Source of the DNA: Desulfatiglandales bacterium
GTDB lineage: Bacteria; Desulfobacterota; DSM-4660; Desulfatiglandales; HGW-15
Assembly: GCA_963667015.2 (NCBI GenBank)
Contig: CAXXJJ010000001.1
Coordinates: 928,001 to 992,000, forward strand
Length of the DNA: 64,000 nt
Reading direction: 5' to 3'
Shown here: in pieces, positions 29,380-39,162 of the stretch
Position numbering within the stretch: position 1 is the first letter of the stretch
Layout of the letters: each line of letters opens with the position of its first letter
Made by a program: the position numbers and the translations under genes
Notes under the pieces: generated by a model
The model's database searches: none
The model's input: only the letters and a program-made list of their open reading frames with translations
What the model was told of the DNA's origin: nothing

Positions 29380-30642
29380 ATGAAAAATAAAATAATCATA
29401 TCAATTATCGGATTAATGTTGTTGGCTTCTCATCAATTATTTGCAGCGCATGAAACAGTTTTCACTCCTTCTGTTTCAATAAGCGAGACCTATGATGATA
29501 ATATTGATCTGGACAACACCGATGAAATAAGCGACTGGATGACAGCACTTACCCTGGGACTAAACCTTAATATTTCTTCTCAAAAAAATAGTTTTATTCT
29601 TAATTATTCTCCATCCTTTGTCCGATACAAAGATAGAGATGAAAATGATACTACACGGCATGCGTTGTCTTTTTCATCTAACATGGCAGTTTCTCAGCAT
29701 TTTGATTTCATTATATCTGATACGTACCTCAAGTCGGATGATCCGCTCGAGGATACAGCGGATATTATTGGTGTGAGAAATACACGGAACACCTATCAGC
29801 GTAACAGCGGGGATGCAAATATTCGATTTACTTTCGGACCTTCAAATTTGTTTATCCTGGGTTACAGGCACTCGTGGCTTGAAAATGATGATGTGACCAT
29901 TGATGATGGTACTATAGCAGATCCCTATGCAAGTTACTCGTACTGGTTTAACGTTAAGCATGGTATTGAGCTTAATGGCGGTTATACAGAAGCGGATTTT
30001 TCAAGGGATGACAATACCCCTCCGGAAGATGATTACTCAGGCTTTACAGAAGGAATAGGGTATAGATATCGTCCTGATACCCGTTCAACTGTTTCCGTGG
30101 ATTTTGATTTTACCAGTAGGGATTTCGAAGGCGATACAACAGATTATGAAGTTTATGAAGGCACGGTTGGTTATGCAAAGAACATTTCGGAAAATATATC
30201 ATACAATATTTCTGCCGGTTATTTCATTCGGCAGAATGACCTGGACGAGGATGACGGCGGGTTTAATGCAGATATCTCACTGACAAAAGATATTAATAGA
30301 GGCTCATTCACCTTCAGCGGCAGAAGCGGATGGGGTGAGGCATACCTGGAATCGGAAAGAAGGGGATTTACTAAATTTCAGAGTGTAACCTCGGCTTTTA
30401 ATTACCAGGTAACAGAAAACCTCAGTAATAATGTATCTCTCACATACAGACAGGATAAGGATGAATCATCAAGAAAATCAAAATCATTAAGGGCAGGTTA
30501 TGGATGGAGCTGGTCATTCTTAAGATACTATTCAATGTCGCTTAATTATACCTGTGCCGTAAGGGATGATGATATGGATGCGGATGATTATCTGGTTAAT
30601 AGAGTGATGTTCAGCCTGAGATGGAGTAAACCTTATAGGTAG
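29380..30642 (+). CDS. Outer-membrane beta-barrel protein of the PEP-CTERM/EPS locus
   Basis: Signal peptide, PSVSISETYDDNI N-terminus, alternating aromatic beta-strands. Confidence 0.75.
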   Translation: MKNKIIISIIGLMLLASHQLFAAHETVFTPSVSISETYDDNIDLDNTDEISDWMTALTLGLNLNISSQKNSFILNYSPSFVRYKDRDENDTTRHALSFSSNMAVSQHFDFIISDTYLKSDDPLEDTADIIGVRNTRNTYQRNSGDANIRFTFGPSNLFILGYRHSWLENDDVTIDDGTIADPYASYSYWFNVKHGIELNGGYTEADFSRDDNTPPEDDYSGFTEGIGYRYRPDTRSTVSVDFDFTSRDFEGDTTDYEVYEGTVGYAKNISENISYNISAGYFIRQNDLDEDDGGFNADISLTKDINRGSFTFSGRSGWGEAYLESERRGFTKFQSVTSAFNYQVTENLSNNVSLTYRQDKDESSRKSKSLRAGYGWSWSFLRYYSMSLNYTCAVRDDDMDADDYLVNRVMFSLRWSKPYR

Positions 30643-30668
30643 GCTAAAAGCAGATAGGTAGGCTAAAA

Positions 30669-30765
30669 GCAGAGAGCATAGCGCAGAGCGCAGAGCGCAA
30701 AGAGTAAAAGTAAAAAGCTTTCAAATCAATTCGATCCCTATGCACTATGCGCCATGCGCTTTGCT
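30669..30765. repeat. GCATAGA-type heptamer inverted pair
   Basis: gcagagagcatagcgcagagcgcagagcgcaaagag ... ctatgcactatgcgccatgcgctttgc; half copies at 28789-28817, 32354-32374, 35450-35476 and 47063-47091. Confidence 0.75.
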
Positions 30766-30780
30766 ATTTAAAAGGTAGTT

Positions 30781-32346
30781 ATGGAAAATTTCGACTTATC
30801 AAAATATATAAATATAGCCTTAAGGCGCAAATACTGGATTATCATTTCTTTCCTGCTTGTTTTATTAGCCGGCTTAACCTATCTGCTAAAAGCCCCCAAA
30901 ATATATGAGTCAAAAACCCTGATTCTGGTTCAGGAGCAAAAGGTGCCACAGGAGTTTGTACGTTCGATTGTATCGAGCGATGCAGAGGATCGTCTGCGCA
31001 CGATTACCCAGCAGGTAACGAGCAGGACAAATCTTGAAAAGATAATCTCGGAAAATAAGCTTTATAATGAAGAAACGGAAATGCTGCTTGAAGAGAAGGT
31101 GGCTCTTCTTAGTAAGAATGTCAATATTGATGTCGCCAGAGGCGGTAGAGGGGGCGGAAGCGCTTTCTCCATATCCTTTCAGGGAAAAGAACCAAGAAAA
31201 GTCATGCAGGTTACAAATGACCTGGCCTATAACTTTATCGATGCTAACATAAAAATCAGAGAAACCCAGGCAATGGGGACATCGGAGTTTTTAGCTGATG
31301 AGTTGAAAGATGTCAGACAGCGACTTCAGGAAAAGGAAGAGTTGCTAAAAGATTATAAAGAAAAACACAGAGGAGGGCTTCCGGAACAACTCCAAACCAA
31401 CCTGAGTATACTTGGGAGGCTGCAGGCTCAACTGGAACAGTTAAACAGTAATCTCAGGGATGCTGAAAATAGAAAATTAATTTTACAGCAGGGAATTTCA
31501 TCAAATATTTCAGGAGAGCCGGGTGTATCCGGTTCCGCTTTTAGTTCTCCATTGACTGAATTGGAAAGATTAAAAAACGAGCTTGAAGCATTGTCTTCAA
31601 AATATACAGAAAAACATCCTGATATTATAAGCCTTAAAAAACGTATTGCCGCTCTCGAGGCATCAGGAGAGGCGGTTCAGGAAACAGAGCCTGACCAAGG
31701 CACAAACGAACAGATAAATGAGCCGGTAACTGTTAATCAGGCATTAAGGCTGCAATTGAAAAATATTGATCTGGAAATTGCAGGAATCAGGGAAGAGATC
31801 AATGAGGTCAATAAAAAAATAAATTATTATGACAGGATGGTGGCGGAAACACCAAAAAGAGAACAGGAATTACTGTCTTTAAACAGGGATTATGCCAGCC
31901 TTAATGAACAATATCAGTCCATGCTTGACAGACAATGGGACGCTGAAATATCCGTAAGCATGGAGCGAAAACAAAAAGGTGAACAGTTCAAGGTTATTGA
32001 TCCTGCACAAATACCATTGAAACCAATAAAACCTGATGCCAAAAAAATAATGCTGATGACCCTGGCACTTGGTTTGGGACTTGGTTGCGGAATCGCTTAT
32101 CTTCTCGAATTGATGGATACATCCTATAAAACACCGGATGAAGCCGGAAATGACCTTAATATACCCGTACTGGCTAGTATCCCTTTACTTGTTACTGAGT
32201 ATGAATTGCGATCGAAAAAACGAAAAGAGATATTCAAAGGCATTTCAATAGCCCTGGGATTTTTTATAGCTGCGTCAGGAATAGTCATAGCCGCAAAAGG
32301 TTTTGATAAAACACTGGAGTTTGTTAAAGGATTAATTGGCGGGTAA
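30781..32346 (+). CDS. Polysaccharide chain-length determinant (Wzc/GumC N-terminal part)
   Basis: N-terminal TM, YTEKHPDI, coiled coil, FKVIDPA..P..P, C-terminal TM. Confidence 0.9.
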   Translation: MENFDLSKYINIALRRKYWIIISFLLVLLAGLTYLLKAPKIYESKTLILVQEQKVPQEFVRSIVSSDAEDRLRTITQQVTSRTNLEKIISENKLYNEETEMLLEEKVALLSKNVNIDVARGGRGGGSAFSISFQGKEPRKVMQVTNDLAYNFIDANIKIRETQAMGTSEFLADELKDVRQRLQEKEELLKDYKEKHRGGLPEQLQTNLSILGRLQAQLEQLNSNLRDAENRKLILQQGISSNISGEPGVSGSAFSSPLTELERLKNELEALSSKYTEKHPDIISLKKRIAALEASGEAVQETEPDQGTNEQINEPVTVNQALRLQLKNIDLEIAGIREEINEVNKKINYYDRMVAETPKREQELLSLNRDYASLNEQYQSMLDRQWDAEISVSMERKQKGEQFKVIDPAQIPLKPIKPDAKKIMLMTLALGLGLGCGIAYLLELMDTSYKTPDEAGNDLNIPVLASIPLLVTEYELRSKKRKEIFKGISIALGFFIAASGIVIAAKGFDKTLEFVKGLIGG

Positions 32347-32396
32347 CAAAAATGCATAGAGCAAAGCGCAAAGAGAAAAAGCTTGAAAAATTATTA

Positions 32397-32500
32397 GACA
32401 GGATTAACAGGATAGACATGATTTATATTTTGTTCTTCCGGAAGAAGAACAAAATGGTATCCTCTTTTAAAAAAATCATACAGATCATGTGAATCCTGTC
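32397..32500. repeat. Family A copy 3 (short, hairpin 1 only)
   Basis: GACAGGATTAACAGGAT...GAATCCTGTC. Confidence 0.88.
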
Positions 32501-32571
32501 AAACAGCCTTTGCTTTTTGTTTTATTTGTCTCTAACCTTGAACTCTAAACCTTAAACCCGGTTTTTAATAC

Positions 32572-34278
32572 ATGTACACCGAATTCTACAACCTTAAAGA
32601 AAAACCCTTTACCCTCTCACCATCATCAAAATACCTTTATCTGGGTGATATCCATAAAGAAGCCCTGGCATTACTCACATATGGCGTTATTGAGCGTATG
32701 GGCTTTATCCTTTTGACAGGAGAGGTCGGGACCGGTAAGACAACCATGGTCCATGCCCTGCTTAACAGCCTGGGAGATGATGTCCAACATGTCTATCTTT
32801 CAAATCCCCTGTTCTCTGTTAATGATTTCATGGATTACCTGGCATTCTCAGCATTCAAAAAGAAAGTACATTTCCAGTCAAAGGCAGATTTTCTTATTCA
32901 GTTTGAGGCTTTCCTCAAGGAGCAGCTGCAGAATCAGAAAAATTTTATTCTGATAATAGATGAGGCTCAGAAACTTTCTATTGAACTGCTTGAAGAGATT
33001 CGACTGCTGTCGAATATGGAAACTGCAGATGAAAAACTTATTAATATATTCCTCATCGGCCAACCGGAGCTTAACGATACCCTTAATAGCATGGAGTGCC
33101 GCCCTCTTCTCCAGAGAATAAGTGTCCGCTACCATATCAAACCGCTGGATCAGAAAGGTACAGGTGATTATATCCTTGCCCGTCTGAGAATGGCAGGTGT
33201 TGAAGACGGCACCAGAATATTTTCCCGAAACACCATAAAAGAGATTTACAAGTGTTCTGGTGGGTTTCCGCGTATGATTAACATCCTTGCGGATAATATT
33301 CTTCTTTTAGGATATTCGAGAGGTGAGAAAAAACTTACACCCGGTATGGTTAAAGAATGCTATAACGATCTGCAGCTTTCAGGTTCTCCTCTTGGAAGAC
33401 CCGAAATTGTTGAAGCGGGACAGAGGCCAAATGAATTACCAGTAGACTCCAATAAATCCGGAAGAACAAGGAGTATAATTTTTCTTATCCTTATTATTAT
33501 AGCAGCTGTTTTCGGTGGTATCTTTGGAAAGAGTATATATTTACATTTATCAGATATTTCATCTGTTGATAAGAGTACAACTCAAAGTGATAGAATAGAG
33601 GTGCAATCGCCATCTCAGCAACAAGAAAAAATTACAGAGGAAAGTTCCCCTGTTAAAATAGTAAATGATAGTCCTATTAGAAGTGCTTCATCCAATAATG
33701 AAGGAAACAAAATCAGGACAGAAAATAACAGTCTCCAAGACAATGATGGATTATCGAATGAGCTTAATGATTATGAAAGAATAGATGAAACAATAACTAC
33801 TGATATCCCATCTTCTCTGGACGATTCAATCATTGTTCCTGAACCTGAAGTGAAAACAATAACTGTAACTGAGGGAGCGACCCTGGAGGGTCTGGCAATG
33901 AAGGTATATGGCTATGCAAATGACAGTGTACTTGACCTGATAAAGGAAAATAATCCTGAAATAACAAATATAAATTTAATAGCAACCGGCCAGATAATAA
34001 AATTTCCTCCTTTGGAAGAATCATCCTCAAATCAGATTTTTACAGTTCATATTGCTTCCTTCACTCCCTTTGAAAGCGCAAGAGACCTGTTTAATGATCT
34101 TATCAGTAAGGGTTATGAGGCGTATATCATACCTGTTTATAATAAGGATAAAGAAAAGGTTTTTCGGGTCACGGTGGGCAGCTTTAATAATAAAAACAAA
34201 GCTGGTGAACTGGCGCGTGAAATAAAAGAAAAAGGCATATCAAGTTATACAAATGTGATAAAACTTGAAACGCAGTAA
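32572..34278 (+). CDS. ExeA-like AAA ATPase with TM, LysM-like and SPOR domains
   Basis: FYNLKEKPF, GEVGTGKT, IDEAQ, GQPEL, SGGFPRMIN; NLIATGQIIKFP; SPOR (FRVTVGSF). Confidence 0.88.
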   Translation: MYTEFYNLKEKPFTLSPSSKYLYLGDIHKEALALLTYGVIERMGFILLTGEVGTGKTTMVHALLNSLGDDVQHVYLSNPLFSVNDFMDYLAFSAFKKKVHFQSKADFLIQFEAFLKEQLQNQKNFILIIDEAQKLSIELLEEIRLLSNMETADEKLINIFLIGQPELNDTLNSMECRPLLQRISVRYHIKPLDQKGTGDYILARLRMAGVEDGTRIFSRNTIKEIYKCSGGFPRMINILADNILLLGYSRGEKKLTPGMVKECYNDLQLSGSPLGRPEIVEAGQRPNELPVDSNKSGRTRSIIFLILIIIAAVFGGIFGKSIYLHLSDISSVDKSTTQSDRIEVQSPSQQQEKITEESSPVKIVNDSPIRSASSNNEGNKIRTENNSLQDNDGLSNELNDYERIDETITTDIPSSLDDSIIVPEPEVKTITVTEGATLEGLAMKVYGYANDSVLDLIKENNPEITNINLIATGQIIKFPPLEESSSNQIFTVHIASFTPFESARDLFNDLISKGYEAYIIPVYNKDKEKVFRVTVGSFNNKNKAGELAREIKEKGISSYTNVIKLETQ

Positions 34279-34312
34279 ATTTGCCACGAAGACACAAAGA
34301 AAAACATTATCA

Positions 34313-34595
34313 GACAGGATCAACAGGATAGGCAGGATTATTTTTTTTGCTTAAGGGTAATGTGAAGACCTTATCACATACAGGCAAAAAGATGGGACAT
34401 ATGAGATTTATTTTTGTTTTAAAGAAGATTTCTCTTTATCACTTTCGTCCGGAAAGTGATAAAAAACAAAATCCTGAAAATCCCTGGCCTAGACCTGATA
34501 TTGCCATAATAAAGTTTACAATATCCGGTTGGGCTGAGACATCTGAGTGGTTCTCTAATATTTAGTCACGCCAGGGCAGGCATGTTAATCCTGTC
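34313..34595. repeat. Family A copy 4, with a nested 99-bp element at 34482-34580
   Basis: Ends 12 nt before the GxxExxY start codon. Confidence 0.9.
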
Positions 34596-34606
34596 TACCA
34601 AAAAAA

Positions 34607-34984
34607 ATGGAACACGATATAATAACTCACAAAATAATAGGATGCTCATATCAGGTTTTTAATCAGCTGGGTTTTGGCTTTCTGGAAAAGATTTACAAGA
34701 AAGCCCTGGTCATGGAGCTTAATAAAAATGGCCTTAAAGTTGAAGGGGAAAAACCTCTGAAGGTTTATTATGATGGTCAGGTTATAGGTGAGTTTTATAT
34801 AGATCTATACGTCGAAAATAATATTATTGTTGAGCTGAAATCAGTTAATACCATTGTGAAAGAACATGAAGTTCAACTTGTAAATTATCTGAACGCGCTG
34901 AAGAAGGATATCGGATTACTTATAAACTTTGGGCCTTCAGGGGTGGAAGTAAAACGAAAATACAGGGAGTTTAGACAGGATTAA
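34607..34984 (+). CDS. GxxExxY protein (PD-(D/E)XK nuclease superfamily), copy 1
   Basis: LGFGFLEKIY, D...VELK, QLVNYL and GLLINF motifs. Confidence 0.92.
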   Translation: MEHDIITHKIIGCSYQVFNQLGFGFLEKIYKKALVMELNKNGLKVEGEKPLKVYYDGQVIGEFYIDLYVENNIIVELKSVNTIVKEHEVQLVNYLNALKKDIGLLINFGPSGVEVKRKYREFRQD

Positions 34985-35035
34985 CAGGATGTTCAAGATA
35001 AAAAACAAAATCCTGAAAATCATGTAAATCCTGTC
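34974..35035. repeat. Family A copy 5 (minimal, 62 bp), supplying the GxxExxY stop codon
   Basis: GACAGGAT-TAA-CAGGAT...ATCATGTAAATCCTGTC; orphan left end at 35059-35084. Confidence 0.9.
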
Positions 35036-35260
35036 TAAAAAGCTTTAAAAAAATGTCAGGCAGGATCAACAGGATCTACAAGATATTAATATTAAGTCCT
35101 GGTATGTAATATTTTGCAAAGATATGTGTAAAATAATCTCCAAAAAAGGAATGAAAATACATAATAAAAATATGAAAAAAGATTTAAGCTTTTATTCTAA
35201 TTTGCCGATAATATAGCTGTTTCAAATACTTGATCATTAGTTTCAGGGATAGCCAGTTAT

Positions 35261-35276
35261 TGGCATTTTTTTTGCA
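35261..35276 (+). promoter_or_regulatory. Sigma-54 promoter
   Basis: TGGCAT-N5-TTGCA with correct GG-N10-GC spacing; TGTAA..TT motifs about 130-160 nt upstream. Confidence 0.65.
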
Positions 35277-35406
35277 TTCTGAAACTTAAAGTTAGACTTA
35301 GCTCTAATTTTTGTTATAGTATTTGACGGTTCATATCATTATTTTCTTAATAAAACATTAAAGTAACATTGATTAAAAAAAATTTATCATCTTTTCCAAC
35401 AGCAAA

Positions 35407-35442
35407 TGGGAAGCACCATGTAACCCAAAGGGGCGGAGCCTG
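35407..35442 (+). promoter_or_regulatory. JUMPStart/ops-like leader element
   Basis: TGGG AAGC ACCATGTAA CCCA AA GGGGCGGAGCCTG resembles the enterobacterial CTGG TAGC..CCAG GGGCGGTAGCGTG. Confidence 0.45.
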
Positions 35443-35512
35443 CTCCATCGCATAGAGCAGAGGGCTTAGCGCATAGTGAAAAAAGAAAAGCAAATCACGA
35501 AAGACAGTGTGT

Positions 35513-35665
35513 GACAGGATCAACAAGATAGATAGGATAATTTTTTTTGCTTTTCCGGAAGAAAAGCAAAAAGTATCACTCCAAAGCTATTAAATGATGT
35601 ATCTTTCTTACTTTTATCTGGAAAGTAAGAAAAAATAAAATCTTGAAAATCATGTAAATCCTGTC
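35513..35665. repeat. Family A copy 6
   Basis: Both termini and both hairpins, with a short spacer. Confidence 0.9.
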
Positions 35666-35699
35666 TAACAGTTTTTGTTGTTACACTCTATACTCTACC

Positions 35700-36041
35700 A
35701 TGATTGAAACCTACTCCATACAGGAAGTCAGCAGAATGGCGAGTGTGTCAAAACACACACTACGTTTCTGGGAAAAATCTCTTAATGGTGTTATCGTACC
35801 TCTCCGGACTAAAGGCGGACAGAGGAGATACACAAAGCACCATATGCAGATTATTGCCGAAATCAAACAGATGAAAAAAAGCGGTTTTTCTCTCAATGAT
35901 ATTAAAAATAAAATGGAAAAGAATGACTCCAAAGAAGGAAAAGATGAGAAAACAAATAAAATTGATCTCCTGGCAAACCAGATTGCTGAAGTAGTAAAGG
36001 AATCGATATATAATTTTTTGTCCGATGACAAAGAAAGATGA
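35700..36041 (+). CDS. MerR-family HTH regulator
   Basis: YSIQEVS..VSKHTLRFWE..RTKGGQRRY motif. Confidence 0.88.
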   Translation: MIETYSIQEVSRMASVSKHTLRFWEKSLNGVIVPLRTKGGQRRYTKHHMQIIAEIKQMKKSGFSLNDIKNKMEKNDSKEGKDEKTNKIDLLANQIAEVVKESIYNFLSDDKER

Positions 36042-36062
36042 AAATCATAGAAACCATTATTC

Positions 36063-36172
36063 GACAGGATCAACAGGATTGATATGATATAATTTTTGCT
36101 TTTCCTGAAGAAAAGCAAAAAGGTATTATCCTTTTTAAAAAAAGAAATCCTGAAAATCATGTAAATCCTGTC
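36063..36172. repeat. Family A copy 7 (short)
   Basis: Termini plus hairpin 1. Confidence 0.9.
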
Positions 36173-36223
36173 AAAAAAGTCTTTTATGTTTTATATTTAG
36201 TCTCAAGCTTAAAAAGGTATATC

Positions 36224-37039
36224 ATGGGAAAAATATTTGACGCACTGGAAAAATCCAAAAAGGAAAAGGTTATTAAATCCGAAGTGATTCCTACTTCCCG
36301 ACCTGAGCCTATGGTATCGGCTCCACCTGTCGCACCTGTGATTGAAACGATCAAATCCAATAATGTAAATAACAAGCTTATAGTCTTAACCGCGCCTGAC
36401 TCCTTTGAGGCGGAAAGCTTTAAACTTTTAAGGGCCCAGATACTGTTTTCCAAAGACAAACCAAGACCAAGGACAATAATGGTGACGAGCGCCATGCCCG
36501 GTGACGGCAAAACCTTTGTTGCTGCCAATCTTGCTGCCAGCATAGCTATGGGTATTGATGACCATGTCCTTCTTGTCGACTGTGATCTGCGCAGATCAAG
36601 TCTCCACCATATGTTTGGTCTTTCAAACAGAAATGGCCTGCATGAATATCTTAAAAATGAGAAGGCGTTGCCTGAGCTTCTGATTAAAACCTCTATCAAC
36701 AAATTGTCATTTCTGCCGGCAGGAAGTATTCCGCACAATCCATCGGAACTTTTAGCCTCAGGCGATATGAAGTCCTTCCTGGAAGAGGTAAGGGATCGTT
36801 ATGATGATCGTTTTATATTACTTGATACTCCCCCGAGCCAGATAATGGCTGAATCAAATATAATATCCAACTTTGTCGATGGGGTTATATTTGTTATCCG
36901 GGAAAATGTTACTCCCAGTGATATGGTAAAAAAGGCTGTAGCATCCTTCAGCAAAGAAAAGATGCTCGGAATAGTGGTTAATGCCCATACCCAGCTTCAA
37001 AAGAAACACGCTTATTATTATAAAAATTATTATCAATAA
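36224..37039 (+). CDS. BY-kinase (CpsD/CapB-type tyrosine autokinase) of the exosortase EPS system
   Basis: MGKIFDALEK, AESFKLLR, PGDGKT, VDCDLR, DTPP, C-terminal Tyr cluster YYYKNYY. Confidence 0.92.
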   Translation: MGKIFDALEKSKKEKVIKSEVIPTSRPEPMVSAPPVAPVIETIKSNNVNNKLIVLTAPDSFEAESFKLLRAQILFSKDKPRPRTIMVTSAMPGDGKTFVAANLAASIAMGIDDHVLLVDCDLRRSSLHHMFGLSNRNGLHEYLKNEKALPELLIKTSINKLSFLPAGSIPHNPSELLASGDMKSFLEEVRDRYDDRFILLDTPPSQIMAESNIISNFVDGVIFVIRENVTPSDMVKKAVASFSKEKMLGIVVNAHTQLQKKHAYYYKNYYQ

Positions 37040-37081
37040 ATTTGCCACCAAGGCACAAAGTCACCAAGAAAAGCATTATTA

Positions 37082-37398
37082 GACAGGATCAACAAGATAG
37101 ACATGATTAATTTTGTGCTTTTCCGGAAGAAAAGCACAAATGAGTCACTTAATAATTGAGTTATAATTTATTACTATTCACACAATAATAAGTATCCAGT
37201 AGATGTTACCTATTATTTAAATTAAAACAGATTGCTCTTTATCACTTTCATCAGGAAAGTGATAAAAAATAAAATCGTGAAAATCCCTGGCCTAGACCTG
37301 ACATTGCCATAATAAGGTTAACGTTATGCATTTGGTCTGAAATATCTAGGTGGTAATTTAATATTAAGTCACGCCAGGGCAGGCATGTAAATCCTGTC
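37082..37398. repeat. Family A copy 8, with a nested 99-bp element at 37285-37383
   Basis: Same architecture as copies 2 and 4. Confidence 0.9.
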
Positions 37399-37454
37399 AG
37401 ATAGTCTTTTTCTTTAAACCTTGAACATTAAACTTTGAATCTTCTTTTTCAGCC

Positions 37455-38849
37455 ATGATTAAACTATTCAACCAATACATCTCATTCCATAAACTGATAT
37501 TCATTATAGGTGAAGGCCTCTTAATCCTCCTGGCTGCTTTGCTGGCAACCTATTTTACCCTCGGAAGAGGCGTAGGTCTTGTCTTAACATTTGAAATGGT
37601 CTGGCCAAAGCTCCTGCTTGTAACAGTTATTACTCAATTGAGTCTTTACTTTAATGATCTATATGAAATTAAAGTGACTGACAGTGCACTTGATCTTACT
37701 TCTCGGCTTGTTCAGGCTATAGGCATAACATCCATCTCACTTGCATTAGTATATTTTATATGGCCTGAAATGCTCATTGGTCAATGGATCTTTTTTATCA
37801 GCCTGGTTTTCCTTTTGATGTTCATCTCATCCTGGAGGCTGTTGTATTCCATTGTCATAAGAAAGCGGCTGTTTACTGAAAAGGCCATACTGCTTGGTGC
37901 CGGCGAGTTGTCACATGATCTGCTGGAGGAACTGAAATCCAGGCGTGATATAGGATATAATATTGTTCTTGCATTGTGTGCAAAAGACAATGATAACCCT
38001 GAATTGACGGGAGATATTCCTGTAAAGAAGGGGTTTGAAAACCTGTGTGAACTTGCCGAATTGGAAGGCGTATCAAGTATTATAGTTTCTCTTGACCAGA
38101 AAAGAGGCGTAATGCCCTATAAGGAACTGCTTAACTGTAAGGTCAAGGGAATTAATATAATAGATGGTGAAAGCTTCTATGAAAAGATATCTGAAAAAAT
38201 ACTTGTAGAAAAAATCAACCCGAGCTGGCTTATTTTTTCCGAGGGCTTTAAAAAATCTAAATTTACCAGGTTAATAAAAAGATTAAGCGATTTTATACTG
38301 TCTGCCATTTTACTTATTTTACTGCTTCCTTTTCTAATAATATTTGCAGTCATTATTAAGCTTGAATCCCCCGGCCCTGCACTCTTTTCACAGGAAAGAA
38401 CAGGTGAGAACGGAAACCCCTTCATACTATACAAGTTCAGGTCCATGAGAGCGGATGCTGAAAAACTGAGCGGTCCTGTATGGGCAGATGAAGATGATCC
38501 CAGGGTGACAAAGGTAGGAAAAATATTCAGAAAGCTCAGGATTGATGAATTACCGCAGTTGTGGAATGTTTTTCGGGGGGAGATGTCATTTGTAGGCCCA
38601 AGACCTGAAAGACAGTTTTTTATAGATCGGCTTTTAAAGACTGTTCCCTATTACAATGAAAGATTCAGTGTCAAACCGGGAGTAACCGGATGGGCGCAGA
38701 TAAGATACCCCTATGGCTCAACAGAACAAGATGCTCTGGAAAAACTTAAATACGATCTTTATTACATCAAAAATATGTCCTTTGCCTTTGACCTCACAAT
38801 AATTTTTCATACTATTAAGATTATGCTGTTAGGCAGAGGTGCGAGATAG
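37455..38849 (+). CDS. Polyprenyl glycosylphosphotransferase (priming sugar transferase)
   Basis: N-terminal TMs, KFRSM, DPRVT, RIDELPQ, VGPRPER, KPGVTGWAQ and YDLYY motifs. Confidence 0.93.
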   Translation: MIKLFNQYISFHKLIFIIGEGLLILLAALLATYFTLGRGVGLVLTFEMVWPKLLLVTVITQLSLYFNDLYEIKVTDSALDLTSRLVQAIGITSISLALVYFIWPEMLIGQWIFFISLVFLLMFISSWRLLYSIVIRKRLFTEKAILLGAGELSHDLLEELKSRRDIGYNIVLALCAKDNDNPELTGDIPVKKGFENLCELAELEGVSSIIVSLDQKRGVMPYKELLNCKVKGINIIDGESFYEKISEKILVEKINPSWLIFSEGFKKSKFTRLIKRLSDFILSAILLILLLPFLIIFAVIIKLESPGPALFSQERTGENGNPFILYKFRSMRADAEKLSGPVWADEDDPRVTKVGKIFRKLRIDELPQLWNVFRGEMSFVGPRPERQFFIDRLLKTVPYYNERFSVKPGVTGWAQIRYPYGSTEQDALEKLKYDLYYIKNMSFAFDLTIIFHTIKIMLLGRGAR

Positions 38850-38873
38850 ATCTGGAAAAAACAAAAACAGTTA

Positions 38874-39089
38874 GACAGGATCAACAGGATGAACATGATT
38901 TAATTATTATGCTTTTCCGGATGAAAAGCATAATGTTATCATTTTATTAGAGACGGTATGGTTATTAAAATATATTCAATGCATAAGAATATAACAGCGA
39001 AGACCTACTCATATAAGCAGATTGCTATTTCTCAATTTCATCTGGAAATTGAGAAAATAAAAAATCCTGAAAATCATGTAAATCCTGTC
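38874..39089. repeat. Family A copy 9
   Basis: Full architecture. Confidence 0.9.
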
Positions 39090-39162
39090 AAACAGTCTTC
39101 TTCTTTAGATTTTATGTTTTGAGTTTTAACCGAAAACCATAAACCTCAAACCTTAAAAACTC

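Noticed and set aside
34347..34565. ORF-track ORFs over repeat elements (also 28707-28904, 29125-29380, 44309-44506, 44534-44821, 45499-46008, 46089-46292, 13121-13396)
   Set aside because: They translate palindromic repeats or lie antisense to real genes, with no protein-like motifs.
35401..35450. c-di-GMP riboswitch upstream of the EPS genes
   Set aside because: Lacks the GCAAA/GNRA tetraloop-receptor layout of class I; a JUMPStart-like reading fits better.
37300..37330. dif/Xer site inside the 99-bp insert (GCCATAAT...TTATG)
   Set aside because: Arm spacing does not match the 6-bp dif core and the right arm is not conserved among the three copies.
35513..39089. Integron attC sites (GTCTAAC at about 35663, GTTAGAC at about 38870)
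   Set aside because: The core-site-like heptamers are in the reverse order relative to the hairpin, appear in only one or two copies, and no integrase is present.
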